Assembly: GCA_964057225.1 (NCBI GenBank)
Contig: OZ059900.1
Coordinates: 15,438,001-15,502,000, forward strand
DNA: 64,000 nt
Direction: 5' to 3'
From: Auanema rhodensis
Lineage: Eukaryota; Animalia; Nematoda
Position numbers and translations under genes: made by a program. Positions 40,501 to 55,500 of this stretch are shown here, one piece after another. The notes under the pieces were generated by a model. The model saw nothing but the letters and a program-made list of their open reading frames with translations, ran no database searches and was not told where the DNA came from. Position 1 is the first letter of the stretch, and each line of letters opens with the position of its first letter.

Positions 40501-43500
40501 AAATTCGTTGCATTTGACGACTCATATGAACAAAAATCGATTTAATCAATATTAGCCATAAGGGGCGTGCCCTCAGAATATGCTAATTTCCTTAATTTTC
40601 TAACCCCAGTTTTTTTGTCGTGAAAGTGGAACTAGACGTTGTACGAACAATTTTGAGCTAGGTTTCATTGACATTGCATGAGTTTGAACACATGAAATCG
40701 TAAGTCAAAACCTTGTTTACAGCGAAATTTTCAAAAACTGGTTTTCCAGCATAATAAAATATTTCTCATGGGAAATACTGTGTTTTTGTATTTTTCTAGT
40801 GTTCAGCATGTAAAATGCTTCATTTTAGTATGTAACACGCTGAAATTCGTTGCATTTGACTACTCATATGAACAAAAATCGATTTAATCAATATTAGCCA
40901 TAAGGGGCGTACCCTCAGAATATGCTAATTTCCTTAATTTTCTAACCCGTGTTTTTTAGTCGTGAAAGTGGAACTAGACGTTGTACGAACAATTTAGAGC
41001 TAGGTTTCATTGACATTGCATGAGTTTGAACACATGAAATCGTAAGTCAAAACCTTGTTTACAGCGAAATTTCCAAAAACTGGTTTTCCAGCATAATAAA
41101 ATATTTCTCATGGGAAATACTGTGTTTTTGTATTTTTCTAGTGTTCAGCATGTAAAATGCTTCATTTTAGTATGTAACACGCTGAAATTCGTTGCATTTG
41201 ACGACTCATATGAACAAAAATCGATTTAATCAATATTAGCCATAAAGGGCGTGCCCTCAGAATATGCTAATTTCCTTAATTTTCTAACCCGTGTTTTTTA
41301 GTCGTGAAAGTGGAACTAGACGTTGTACGAACAATTTAGAGCTAGGTTTCATTGACATTGCATGAGTTTGAACACATGAAATCGTAAGTCAAAACCTTGT
41401 TTACAGCGAAATTTCCAAAAACTGGTTTTCCAGCATAATAAAATATTTCTCATGGGAAATACTGTGTTTTTGTATTTTTCTAGTGTTCAGCATGTAAAAT
41501 GCTTCATTTTAGTATGTAACACGCTGAAATTCGTTGCATTTGACGACTCATATGAACAAAAATCGATTTAATCAATATTAGCCATAAGGGGCGTGCCCTC
41601 AGAATATGCTAATTTCCTTAATTTTCTAACCCGTGTTTTTTAGTCGTGAAAGTGGAACTAGACGTTGTACGAACAATTTAGAGCTAGGTTTCATTGACAT
41701 TGCATGAGTTTGAACACATGAAATCGTAAGTCAAAACCTTGTTTACAGCGAAATTTTCAAAAACTGGTTTTCCAGCATAATAAAATATTTCTCATGGGTA
41801 TTACTGTGTTTTTGTATTTTTCTAGTGTTCAGCATGTAAAATGCTTCATTTTAGTATGTAACACGCTGAAATTCGTTGCATTTGACTACTCATATGAACA
41901 AAAATCGATTTAATCAATATTAGCCATAAGGGGCGTGCCCTCAGAATATGCTAATTTCCTTAATTTTCTAACCCGTGTTTTTTAGTCGTGAAAGTGGAAC
42001 TAGACGTTGTACGAACAATTTAGAGCTAGGTTTCATTGACATTGCATGAGTTTGAACACATGAAATCGTAAGTCAAAACCTTGTTTACAGCGAAATTTCC
42101 AAAAACTGGTTTTCCAGCATAATAAAATATTTCTCATGGGAAATACTGTGTTTTTGTATTTTTCTAGTGTTCAGCATGTAAAATGCTTCATTTTAGTATG
42201 TAACACGCTGAAATTCGTTGCATTTGACGACTCATATGAACAAAAATCGATTTAATCAATATTAGCCATAAAGGGCGTGCCCTCAGAATATGCTAATTTC
42301 CTTAATTTTCTAACCCCGGTTTTTTTGTCGTGAAAGTGGAACTAGACGTTGTAGGAACAATTTTGAGCTAGGTTTCGTTGACATTGCATGAGTGTGAACA
42401 CATGAAATCGTAAGTCAAAACCTTGTTTACAGCGAAATTTCCAAAAACTGGTTTTCCAGCATAATAAAATATTTCTCATGGGAAATACTGTGTTTTTGTA
42501 TTTTTCTAGTGTTCAGCATGTAAAATGCTTCATTTTAGTATGTAACACGCTGAAATTCGTTGCATTTGACGACTCATATGAACAAAAATCGATTTAATCA
42601 ATATTAGCCATAAGGGGCGTGCCCTCAGAATATGCTAATTACCTTAATTTTCTAACCCGTGTTTTTTAGTCGTGAAAGTGGAACTAGACGTTGTACGAAC
42701 AATTTTGAGCTAGGTTTCATTGACATTGCATGAGTTTGAACACATGAAATCGTAAGTCAAAACCTTGTTTACAGCGAAATTTCCAAAAACTGGTTTTCCA
42801 GCATAATAAAATATTTCTCATGGGAAATACTGTGTTTTTGTATTTTTCTAGTGTTCAGCATGTAAAATGCTTCATTTTAGTATGTAACACGCTGAAATTC
42901 GTTGCATTTGACGACTCATATGAACAAAAATCGATTTAATCAATATTAGCCATAAAGGGCGTGCCCTCAGAATATGCTAATTTCCTTAATTTTCTAACCC
43001 CGGTTTTTTTGTCGTGAAAGTGGAACTAGACGTTGTAGGAACAATTTTGAGCTAGGTTTCATTGACATTGCATGAGTTTGAACACATGAAATCGTAAGTC
43101 AAAACCTTGTTTACAGCGAAATTTCCAAAAACTGGTTTTCCAGCATAATAAAATATTTCTCATGGGAAATACTGTGTTTTTGTATTTTTCTAGTGTTCAG
43201 CATGTAAAATGCTTCATTTTAGTATGTAACACGCTGAAATTCGTTGCATTTGACGACTCATATAAACAAAAATCGATTTAATCAATATTAGCCATAAAGG
43301 GCGTGCCCTCAGAATATGCTAATTTCCTTAATTTTCTAACCCCGGTTTTTTTGTCGTGAAAGTGGAACTAGACGTTGTAGGAACAATTTTGAGCTAGGTT
43401 TCATTGACATTGCATGAGTTTGAACACATGAAATCGTAAGTCAAAACCTTGTTTACAGCGAAATTTCCAAAAACTGGTTTTCCAGCATAATAAAATATTT

Positions 43501-46500
43501 CTCATGGGAAATACTGTGTTTTTGTATTTTTCTAGCGTTCAGCATGTAAAATGCTTCATTTTAGTATGTAACACGCTGAAATTCGTTGCATTTGACGACT
43601 CATATGAACAAAAATCGATTTAATCAATATTAGCCATAAGGGGCGTGCCCTCAGAATATGCTAATTTCCTTAATTTTCTAACCCCTGTTTTTTTGTCGTG
43701 AAAGTGGAACTAGACGTTGTAGGAACAATTTTGAGCTAGGTTTCATTGACATTGCATGAGTTTGAACACATGAAATCGTAAGTCAAAACCTTGTTTACAG
43801 CGAAATTTCCAAAAACTGGTTTTCCAGCATAATAAAATATTTCTCATGGGAAATACTGTGTTTTTGTATTTTTCTAAAGTTCAGCATGTAAAATGCTTCA
43901 TTTTAGTATGTAACACGCTGAAATTCGTTGCATTTGACGACTCATATGAACAAAAATCGATTTAATCAATATTAGCCATAAGGGGCGTGCCCTCAGAATA
44001 TGCTAATTTCCTTAATTTTCTAACCCCTGTTTTTTTGTCGTGAAAGTGGAACTAGACGTTGTACGAACAATTTTGAGCTAGGTTTCATTGACATTGCATG
44101 AGTTTGAACACATGAAATCGTAAGTCAAAACCTTGTTTACAGCGAAATTTCCAAAAACTGGTTTTCCAGCATAATAAAATATTTCTCATGGGAAATACTA
44201 TGTTTTTGTATTTTTCTAGTGTTCAGCATGTAAAATGCTTCATTTTAGTATGTAACACGCTGAAATTCGTTGCATTTGACGACTCATATGAACAAAAATC
44301 GATTTAATCAATATTAGCCATAAGGGGCGTGCCCTCAGAATATGCTAATTTCCTTAATTTTCTAACCCCTGTTTTTTTGTCGTGAAAGTGGAACTAGACG
44401 TTGTAGGAACAATTTTGAGCTAGGTTTCTTTGACATTGCATGAGTTTGAACACATGAAATCGTAAGTCAAAACCTTGTTTACAGCGAAATTTCCAAAAAC
44501 TGGTTTTCCAGCATAATAAAATATTTCTCATGGGAAATACTGTGTTTTTGTATTTTTCTAGCGTTCAGCATGTAAAATGCTTCATTTTAGTATGTAACAC
44601 GCTGAAATTCGTTGCATTTGACGACTCATATGAACAAAAATCGATTTAATCAATATTAGCCATAAAGGGCGTGCTCTCAGAATATGCTAATTTCCTTAAT
44701 TTTCTAACCCCTGTTTTTTTGTCGTGAAAGTGGAACTAGACGTTGTAGGAACAATTTTGAGCTAGGTTTCAATGACATTGCATGAGTTTGAACACATGAA
44801 ATCGTAAGTCAAAACCTTGTTTACAGCGAAATTTCCAAAAACTGGTTTTCCAGCATAATAAAATATTTCTCATGGGAAATACTGTGTTTTTGTATTTTTC
44901 TAGCGTTCAGCATGTAAAATGCTTCATTTTAGTATGTGACACGCTGAAATTCGTTGCATTTGACGACTCATATGAACAAAAATCGATTTAATCAATATTA
45001 GCCATAAGGGGCGTGCCCTCAGAATATGCTAATTTCCTTAATTTTCTAACCCCTGTTTTTTTGTCGTGAAAGTGGAACTAGACGTTGTACGAACAATTTT
45101 GAGCTAGGTTTCATTGACATTGCATGAGTTTGAACACATGAAATCGTAAGTCAAAACCTTGTTTACAGCGAAATTTCCAAAAACTGGTTTTCCAGCATAA
45201 TAAAATATTTCTCATGGGAAATACTGTGTTTTTGTATTTTTCTAGTGTTCAGCATGTAAAATGCTTCATTTTAGTATGTAACACGCTGAAATTCGTTGCA
45301 TTTGACGACTCATATGAACAAAAATCGATTTAATCAATATTAGCCATAAGGGGCGTGCCCTCAGAATATGCGAATTTCCTTAATTTTCTAACCCCTGTTT
45401 TTTTGTCGTGAAAGTGGAACTAGACGTTGTACGAACAATTTTGAGCTAGGTTTCATTGACATTGCATGAGTTTGAACACATGAAATCGTAAGTCAAAACC
45501 TTGTTTACAGCGAAATTTCCAAAAACTGGTTTTCCAGCATAATAAAATATTTCTCATGGGTATTACTGTGTTTTTGTATTTTTCTAGTGTTCAGCATGTA
45601 AAATGCTTCATTTTAGTATGTAACACGCTGAAATTCGTTGCATTTGACGACTCATATGAACAAAAATCGATTTAATCAATATTAGCCATAAAGGGCGTGC
45701 CCTCAGAATATGCTAATTTCCTTAATTTTCTAACCCGTGTTTTTTAGTCGTGAAAGTGGAACTAGACGTTGTACGAACAATTTTGAGCTAGGTTTCATTG
45801 ACATTGCATGAGTTTGAACACATGAAATCGTAAGTCAAAACCTTGTTTACAGCGAAATTTCCAAAAACTGGTTTTCCAGCATAATAAAATATTTCTCATG
45901 GGAGATACTGTGTTTTTGTATTTTTCTAGTGTTCAGCATGTAAAATGCTTCATTTTAGTATGTAACACGCTGAAATTCGTTGCATTTGACGACTCATATG
46001 AACAAAAATCGATTTAATCAATATTAGCCATAAGGGGCGTGCCCTCAGAATATGCTAATTTCCTTAATTTTCTAACCCGTGTTTTTTAGTCGTGAAAGTG
46101 GAACTAGACGTTGTACGAACAATTTTGAGCTAGGTTTCATTGACATTGCATGAGTTTGAACACATGAAATCGTAAGTCAAAACCTTGTTTACAGCGAAAT
46201 TTCCAAAAACTGGTTTTCCAGCATAATAAAATATTTCTCATGGGAAATACTATGTTTTTGTATTTTTCTAGTGTTCAGCATGTAAAATGCTTCATTTTAG
46301 TATGTAACACGCTGAAATTCGTTGCATTTGACGACTCATATGAACAAAAATCGATTTAATCAATATTAGCCATAAAGGGCGTGCCCTCAGAATATGCTAA
46401 TTTCCTTAATTTTCTAACCCCGGTTTTTTTGTCGTGAAAGTGGAACTAGACGTTGTAGGAACAATTTTGAGCTAGGTTTCATTGACATTGCATGAGTTTG

Positions 46501-49500
46501 AACACATGAAATCGTAAGTCAAAACCTTGTTTACAGCGAAATTTCCAAAAACTGGTTTTCCAGCATAATAAAATATTTCTCATGGGAAATACTGTGTTTT
46601 TGTATTTTTCTAGTGTTCAGCATGTGAAATGCTTCATTTTAGTATGTAACACGCTGAAATTCGTTGCATTTGACGACTCATATGAACAAAAATCGATTTA
46701 ATCAATATTAGCCATAAGGGGCGTGCCCTCAGAATATGCTAATTACCTTAATTTTCTAACCCCTGTTTTTTTGTCGTGAAAGTGGAACTAGACGTTGTAG
46801 GAACAATTTTGAGCTAGGTTTCATTGACATTGCATGAGTTTGAACACATGAAATCGTAAGTCAAAACCTTGTTTACAGCGAAATTTTCAAAAACTGGTTT
46901 TCCAGCATAATAAAATATTTCTCATGGGAAATACTGTGTTTTTGTATTTTTCTAGTGTTCAGCATGTAAAATGCTTCATTTTAGTATGTAACACGCTGAA
47001 ATTCGTTGCATTTGACGACTCATATGAACAAAAATCGATTTAATCAATATTAGCCATAAGGGGCGTGCCCTCAGAATATGCTAATTACCTTAATTTTCTA
47101 ACCCCTGTTTTTTTGTCGTGAAAGTGGAACTAGACGTTGTAGGAACAATTTTGAGCTAGGTTTCATTGACATTGCATGAGTTTGAACACATGAAATCGTA
47201 AGTCAAAACCTTGTTTACAGCGAAATTTTCAAAAACTGGTTTTCCAGCATAATAAAATATTTCTCATGGGAAATACTGTGTTTTTGTATTTTTCTAGTGT
47301 TCAGCATGTAAAATGCTTCATTTTAGTATGTAACACGCTGAAATTCGTTGCATTTGACGACTCATATGAACAAAAATCGATTTAATCAATATTAGCCATA
47401 AGGGGCGTGCCCTCAGAATATGCTAATTTCCTTAATTTTCTAACCCCGGTTTTTTAGTCGTGAAAGTGGAACTAGACGTTGTAGGAACAATTTTGAGCTA
47501 GGTTTCATTGACATTGCATGAGTTTGAACACATGAAATCGTAAGTCAAAACCTTGTTTACAGCGAAATTTCCAAAAACTGGTTTTCCAGCATAATAAAAT
47601 ATTTCTCATGGGAAATACTGTGTTTTTGTATTTTTCTAGTGTTCAGCATGTAAAATGCTTCATTTTAGTATGTAACACGCTGAAATTCGTTGCATTTGAC
47701 GACTCATATAAACAAAAATCGATTTAATCAATATTAGCCATAAGGGGCGTGCCCTCAGAATATGCTAATTTCCTTAATTTTCTAACCCCGGTTTTTTTGT
47801 CGTGAAAGTGGAACTAGACGTTGTACGAACAATTTTGAGCTAGGTTTCATTGACTATGCATGAGTTTGAACACATGAAATCGTAAGTCAAAACCTTGTTT
47901 ACAGCGAAATTTCCAAAAACTGGTTTTCCAGCATAATAAAATATTTCTCATGGGAAATACTGTGTTTTTGTATTTTTCTAGTGTTCAGCATGTAAAATGC
48001 TTCATTTTAGTATGTAACACGCTGAAATTCGTTGCATTTGACGACTCATATGAACAAAAATCGATTTAATCAATATTAGCCATAAGGGGCGTGCCCTCAG
48101 AATATGCTAATTTCCTTAATTTTCTAACCCCTGTTTTTTTGTCGTGAAAGTGGAACTAGACGTTGTACGAACAATTTTGAGCTAGGTTTTATTGACATTG
48201 CATGAGTTTGAACACATGAAATCGTAAGTCAAAACCTTGTTTACAGCGAAATTTCCAAAAACTGGTTTTCCAGCATAATAAAATATTTCTCATGGGAAAT
48301 ACTGTGTTTTTGTATTTTTCTAGCGTTCAGCATGTAAAATGCTTCATTTTAGTATGTAACACGCTGAATATCGTTGCATTTGACGACTCATATGAACAAA
48401 AATCGATTTAATCAATATTAGCCATAAGGGGCGTGCCCTCAGAATATGCTAATTTCCTTAATTTTCTAACCCCTGTTTTTTTGTCGTGAAAGTGGAACTA
48501 GACGTTGTAGGAACAATTTTGAGCTAGGTTTCATTGACATTGCATGAGTTTGAACACATGAAATCGTAAGTCAAAACCTTGTTTACAGCGAAATTTCCAA
48601 AAACTGGTTTTCCAGCATAATAAAATATTTCTCATGGGAAATACTGTGTTTTTGTATTTTTCTAGTGTTCAGCATGTAAAATGCTTCATTTTAGTATGTA
48701 ACACGCTGAAATTCGTTGCATTTGACGACTCATATGAACAAAAATCGATTTAATCAATATTAGCCATAAGGGGCGTGCCCTCAGAATATGCTAATTTCCT
48801 TAATTTTCTAACCCCTGTTTTTTTGTCATGAAAGTGGAACTAGACGTTGTACGAACAATTTTGAGCTAGGTTTCATTGACATTGCATGAGTTTGAACACA
48901 TGAAATCGTAAGTCAAAACCTTGTTTACAGCGAAATTTCCAAAAACTGGTTTTCCAGCATAATAAAATATTTCTCATGGGAAATACTGTGTTTTTGTATT
49001 TTTCTAGTGTTCAGCATGTAAAATGCTTCATTTAAGTATATAACACGCTGAAATTCGTTGCATTTGACGACTCATATGAACAAAAATCGATTTAATCAAT
49101 ATTAGCCATAAGGGGCGTGCCCTCAGAATATGCTAATTTCCTTAATTTTCTAACACCTGTTTTTTTGTCGTGAAAGTGGAACTAGACGTTGTACGAACAA
49201 TTTTGAGCTAGGTTTCATTGACATTGCATGAGTTTGAACACATGAAATCGTAAGTCAAAACCTTGTTTACAGCGAAATTTCCAAAAACTGGTTTTCCAGC
49301 ATAATAAAATATTTCTCATGGGTATTACTGTGTTTTTGTATTTTTCTAGCGTTCAGCATGTAAAATGCTTCATTTTAGTATGTAACACGCTGAAATTCGT
49401 TGCATTTGACGACTCATATGAACAAAAATCGATTTAATCAATATTAGCCATAAAGGGCGTGCTCTCAGAATATGCTAATTTCCTTAATTTTCTAACCCCT

Positions 49501-52500
49501 GTTTTTTTGTCGTGAAAGTGGAACTAGACGTTGTAGGAACAATTTTGAGCTAGGTTTCATTGACATTGCATGAGTTTGAACACATGAAATCGTAAGTCAA
49601 AACCTTGTTTACAGCGAAATTTCCAAAAACTGGTTTTCCAGCATAATAAAATATTTCTCATGGGAAATACTGTGTTTTTGTATTTTTCTAGCGTTCAGCA
49701 TGTAAAATGCTTCATTTTAGTATGTAACACGCTGAAATTCGTTGCATTTGACGACTCATATGAACAAAAATCGATTTAATCAATATTAGCCATAAGGGGC
49801 GTGCCCTCAGAATATGCTAATTTCCTTAATTTTCTAACCCCTGTTTTTTTGTCGTGAAAGTGGAACTAGACGTTGTACGAACAATTTTGAGCTAGGTTTT
49901 ATTGACATTGCATGAGTTTGAACACATGAAATCGTAAGTCAAAACCTTGTTTACAGCGAAATTTCCAAAAACTGGTTTTCCAGCATAATAAAATATTTCT
50001 CATGGGAAATACTGTGTTTTTGTATTTTTCTAGCGTTCAGCATGTAAAATGCTTCATTTTAGTATGTAACACGCTGAATATCGTTGCATTTGACGACTCA
50101 TATGAACAAAAATCGATTTAATCAATATTAGCCATAAGGGGCGTGCCCTCAGAATATGCTAATTTCCTTAATTTTCTAACCCCTGTTTTTTTGTCGTGAA
50201 AGTGGAACTAGACGTTGTAGGAACAATTTTGAGCTGGGTTTCATTGACATTGCATGAGTTTGAACACATGAAATCGTAAGTCAAAACCTTGTTTACAGCG
50301 AAATTTCCAAAAACTGGTTTTCCAGCATAATAAAATATTTCTCATGGGTATTACTGTGTTTTTGTATTTTTCTAGCGTTCAGCATGTAAAATGCTTCATT
50401 TTAGTATGTAACACGCTGAAATTCGTTGCATTTGACGACTCATATGAACAAAAATCGATTTAATCAATATTAGCCATAAAGGGCGTGCTCTCAGAATATG
50501 CTAATTTCCTTAATTTTCTAACCCCTGTTTTTTTGTCGTGAAAGTGGAACTAGACGTTGTAGGAACAATTTTGAGCTAGGTTTCATTGACATTGCATGAG
50601 TTTGAACACATGAAATCGTAAGTCAAAACCTTGTTTACAGCGAAATTTCCAAAAACTGGTTTTCCAGCATAATAAAATATTTCTCATGGGAAATACTGTG
50701 TTTTTGTATTTTTCTAGCGTTCAGCATGTAAAATGCTTCATTTTAGTATGTGACACGCTGAAATTCGTTGCATTTGACGACTCATATGAACAAAAATCGA
50801 TTTAATCAATATTAGCCATAAGGGGCGTGCCCTCAGAATATGCTAATTTCCTTAATTTTCTAACCCCTGTTTTTTTGTCGTGAAAGTGGAACTAGACGTT
50901 GTACGAACAATTTTGAGCTAGGTTTCATTGACATTGCATGAGTTTGAACACATGAAATCGTAAGTCAAAACCTTGTTTACAGCGAAATTTCCAAAAACTG
51001 GTTTTCCAGCATAATAAAATATTTCTCATGGGAAATACTGTGTTTTTGTATTTTTCTAGTGTTCAGCATGTAAAATGCTTCATTTTAGTATGTAACACGC
51101 TGAAATTCGTTGCATTTGACGACTCATATGAACAAAAATCGATTTAATCAATATTAGCCATAAGGGGCGTGCCCTCAGAATATGCTAATTTCCTTAATTT
51201 TCTAACCCCTGTTTTTTTGTCGTGAAAGTGGAACTAGACGTTGTACGAACAATTTTGAGCTGGGTTTCATTGACATTGCATGAGTTTGAACACATGAAAT
51301 CGTAAGTCAAAACCTTGTTTACAGCGAAATTTCCAAAAACTGGTTTTCCAGCATAATAAAATATTTCTCATGGGAAATACTGTGTTTTTGTATTTTTCTA
51401 GTGTTCAGCATGTAAAATGCTTCATTTTAGTATGTAACACGCTGAAATTCGTTGCATTTGACGACTCATATGAACAAAAATCGATTTAATCAATATTAGC
51501 CATAAGGGGCGTGCCCTCAGAATATGCTAATTTCCTTAATTTTCTAACCCCTGTTTTTTAGTCGTGAAAGTGGAACTAGACGTTGTACGAACAATTTTGA
51601 GCTAGGTTTCATTGACATTGCATGAGTTTGAACACATGAAATCGTAAGTCAAAACCTTGTTTACAGCGAAATTTCCAAAAACTGGTTTTCCAGCATAATA
51701 AAATATTTCTCATGGGAAATACTGTGTTTTTGTATTTTTCTAGTGTTCAGCATGTAAAATGCTTCATTTTAGTATGTAACACGCTGAAATTCGTTGCATT
51801 TGACGACTCATATGAACAAAAATCGATTTAATCAATATTAGCTATAAAGGGCGTGCCCTCAGAATATGCTAATTTCCTTAATTTTCTAACCCCGGTTTTT
51901 TTGTCGTGAAAGTGGAACTAGACGTTGTAGGAACAATTTTGAGCTAGGTTTCATTGACATTGCATGAGTTTGAACACATGAAATCGTAAGTCAAAACCTT
52001 GTTTACAGCGAAATTTTCAAAAACTGGTTTTCCAGCATAATAAAATATTTCTCATGGGAAATACTGTGTTTTTGTATTTTTCTAGTGTTCAGCATGTAAA
52101 ATGCTTCATTTTAGTATGTAACACGCTGAAATTCGTTGCATTTGACGACTCATATGAACAAAAATCGATTTAATCAATATTAGCCATAAGGGGCGTGCCC
52201 TCAGAATATGCTAATTTCCTTAATTTTCTAACCCCTGTTTTTTTGTCGTGAAAGTGGAACTAGACGTTGTACGAACAATTTTGAGCTAGGTTTCATTGAC
52301 ATTGCATGAGTTTGAACACATGAAATCGTAAGTCAAAACCTTGTTTACAGCGAAATTTCCAAAAACTGGTTTTCCAGCATAATAAAATATTTCTCATGGG
52401 AAATACTGTGTTTTTGTATTTTTCTAGTGTTCAGCATGTAAAATGCTTCATTTTAGTATGTAACACGCTGAAATTCGTTGCATTTGACGACTCATATGAA

Positions 52501-55500
52501 CAAAAATCGATTTAATCAATATTAGCCATAAGGGGCGTGCCCTCAGAATATGCTAATTTCCTTAATTTTCTAACCCCTGTTTTTTAGTCGTGAAAGTGGA
52601 ACTAGACGTTGTACGAACAATTTTGAGCTAGGTTTCATTGACATTGCATGAGTTTGAACACATGAAATCGTAAGTCAAAACCTTGTTTACAGCGAAATTT
52701 CCAAAAACTGGTTTTCCAGCATAATAAAATATTTCTCATGGGAAATACTGTGTTTTTGTATTTTTCTAGTGTTCAGCATGTAAAATGCTTCATTTTAGTA
52801 TGTAACACGCTGAAATTCGTTGCATTTGACGACTCATATGAACAAAAATCGATTTAATCAATATTAGCCATAAGGGGCGTGCCCTCAGAATATGCTAATT
52901 TCCTTAATTTTCTAACCCCTGTTTTTTTGTCGTGAAAGTGGAACTAGACGTTGTACGAACAATTTTGAGCTAGGTTTTATTGACATTGCATGAGTTTGAA
53001 CACATGAAATCGTAAGTCAAAACCTTGTTTACAGCGAAATTTCCAAAAACTGGTTTTCCAGCATAATAAAATATTTCTCATGGGAAATACTGTGTTTTTG
53101 TATTTTTCTAGCGTTCAGCATGTAAAATGCTTCATTTTAGTATGTAACACGCTGAATATCGTTGCATTTGACGACTCATATGAACAAAAATCGATTTAAT
53201 CAATATTAGCCATAAGGGGCGTGCCCTCAGAATATGCTAATTTCCTTAATTTTCTAACCCCTGTTTTTTTGTCGTGAAAGTGGAACTAGACGTTGTAGGA
53301 ACAATTTTGAGCTAGGTTTCATTGACATTGCATGAGTTTGAACACATGAAATCGTAAGTCAAAACCTTGTTTACAGCGAAATTTCCAAAAACTGGTTTTC
53401 CAGCATAATAAAATATTTCTCATGGGAAATACTGTGTTTTTGTATTTTTCTAGTGTTCAGCATGTAAAATGCTTCATTTTAGTATGTAACACGCTGAAAT
53501 TCGTTGCATTTGACGACTCATATGAACAAAAATCGATTTAATCAATATTAGCCATAAGGGGCGTGCCCTCAGAATATGCTAATTTCCTTAATTTTCTAAC
53601 CCCTGTTTTTTTGTCATGAAAGTGGAACTAGACGTTGTACGAACAATTTTGAGCTAGGTTTCATTGACATTGCATGAGTTTGAACACATGAAATCGTAAG
53701 TCAAAACCTTGTTTACAGCGAAATTTCCAAAAACTGGTTTTCCAGCATAATAAAATATTTCTCATGGGAAATACTGTGTTTTTGTATTTTTCTAGTGTTC
53801 AGCATGTAAAATGCTTCATTTTAGTATATAACACGCTGAAATTCGTTGCATTTGACGACTCATATGAACAAAAATCGATTTAATCAATATTAGCCATAAG
53901 GGGCGTGCCCTCAGAATATGCTAATTTCCTTAATTTTCTAACACCTGTTTTTTTGTCGTGAAAGTGGAACTAGACGTTGTACGAACAATTTTGAGCTAGG
54001 TTTCATTGACATTGCATGAGTTTGAACACATGAAATCGTAAGTCAAAACCTTGTTTACAGCGAAATTTCCAAAAACTGGTTTTCCAGCATAATAAAATAT
54101 TTCTCATGGGTATTACTGTGTTTTTGTATTTTTCTAGCGTTCAGCATGTAAAATGCTTCATTTTAGTATGTAACACGCTGAAATTCGTTGCATTTGACGA
54201 CTCATATGAACAAAAATCGATTTAATCAATATTAGCCATAAAGGGCGTGCTCTCAGAATATGCTAATTTCCTTAATTTTCTAACCCCTGTTTTTTTGTCG
54301 TGAAAGTGGAACTAGACGTTGTAGGAACAATTTTGAGCTAGGTTTCATTGACATTGCATGAGTTTGAACACATGAAATCGTAAGTCAAAACCTTGTTTAC
54401 AGCGAAATTTCCAAAAACTGGTTTTCCAGCATAATAAAATATTTCTCATGGGAAATACTGTGTTTTTGTATTTTTCTAGCGTTCAGCATGTAAAATGCTT
54501 CATTTTAGTATGTGACACGCTGAAATTCGTTGCATTTGACGACTCATATGAACAAAAATCGATTTAATCAATATTAGCCATAAGGGGCGTGCCCTCAGAA
54601 TATGCTAATTTCCTTAATTTTCTAACCCCTGTTTTTTTGTCGTGAAAGTGGAACTAGACGTTGTACGAACAATTTTGAGCTAGGTTTTATTGACATTGCA
54701 TGAGTTTGAACACATGAAATCGTAAGTCAAAACCTTGTTTACAGCGAAATTTCCAAAAACTGGTTTTCCAGCATAATAAAATATTTCTCATGGGAAATAC
54801 TGTGTTTTTGTATTTTTCTAGCGTTCAGCATGTAAAATGCTTCATTTTAGTATGTAACACGCTGAATATCGTTGCATTTGACGACTCATATGAACAAAAA
54901 TCGATTTAATCAATATTAGCCATAAGGGGCGTGCCCTCAGAATATGCTAATTTCCTTAATTTTCTAACCCCTGTTTTTTTGTCGTGAAAGTGGAACTAGA
55001 CGTTGTAGGAACAATTTTGAGCTGGGTTTCATTGACATTGCATGAGTTTGAACACATGAAATCGTAAGTCAAAACCTTGTTTACAGCGAAATTTCCAAAA
55101 ACTGGTTTTCCAGCATAATAAAATATTTCTCATGGGTATTACTGTGTTTTTGTATTTTTCTAGCGTTCAGCATGTAAAATGCTTCATTTTAGTATGTAAC
55201 ACGCTGAAATTCGTTGCATTTGACGACTCATATGAACAAAAATCGATTTAATCAATATTAGCCATAAGGGGCGTGCCCTCAGAATATGCTAATTTCCTTA
55301 ATTTTCTAACCCCTGTTTTTTTGTCGTGAAAGTGGAACTAGACGTTGTACGAACAATTTTGAGCTGGGTTTCATTGACATTGCATGAGTTTGAACACATG
55401 AAATCGTAAGTCAAAACCTTGTTTACAGCGAAATTTCCAAAAACTGGTTTTCCAGCATAATAAAATATTTCTCATGGGAAATACTGTGTTTTTGTATTTT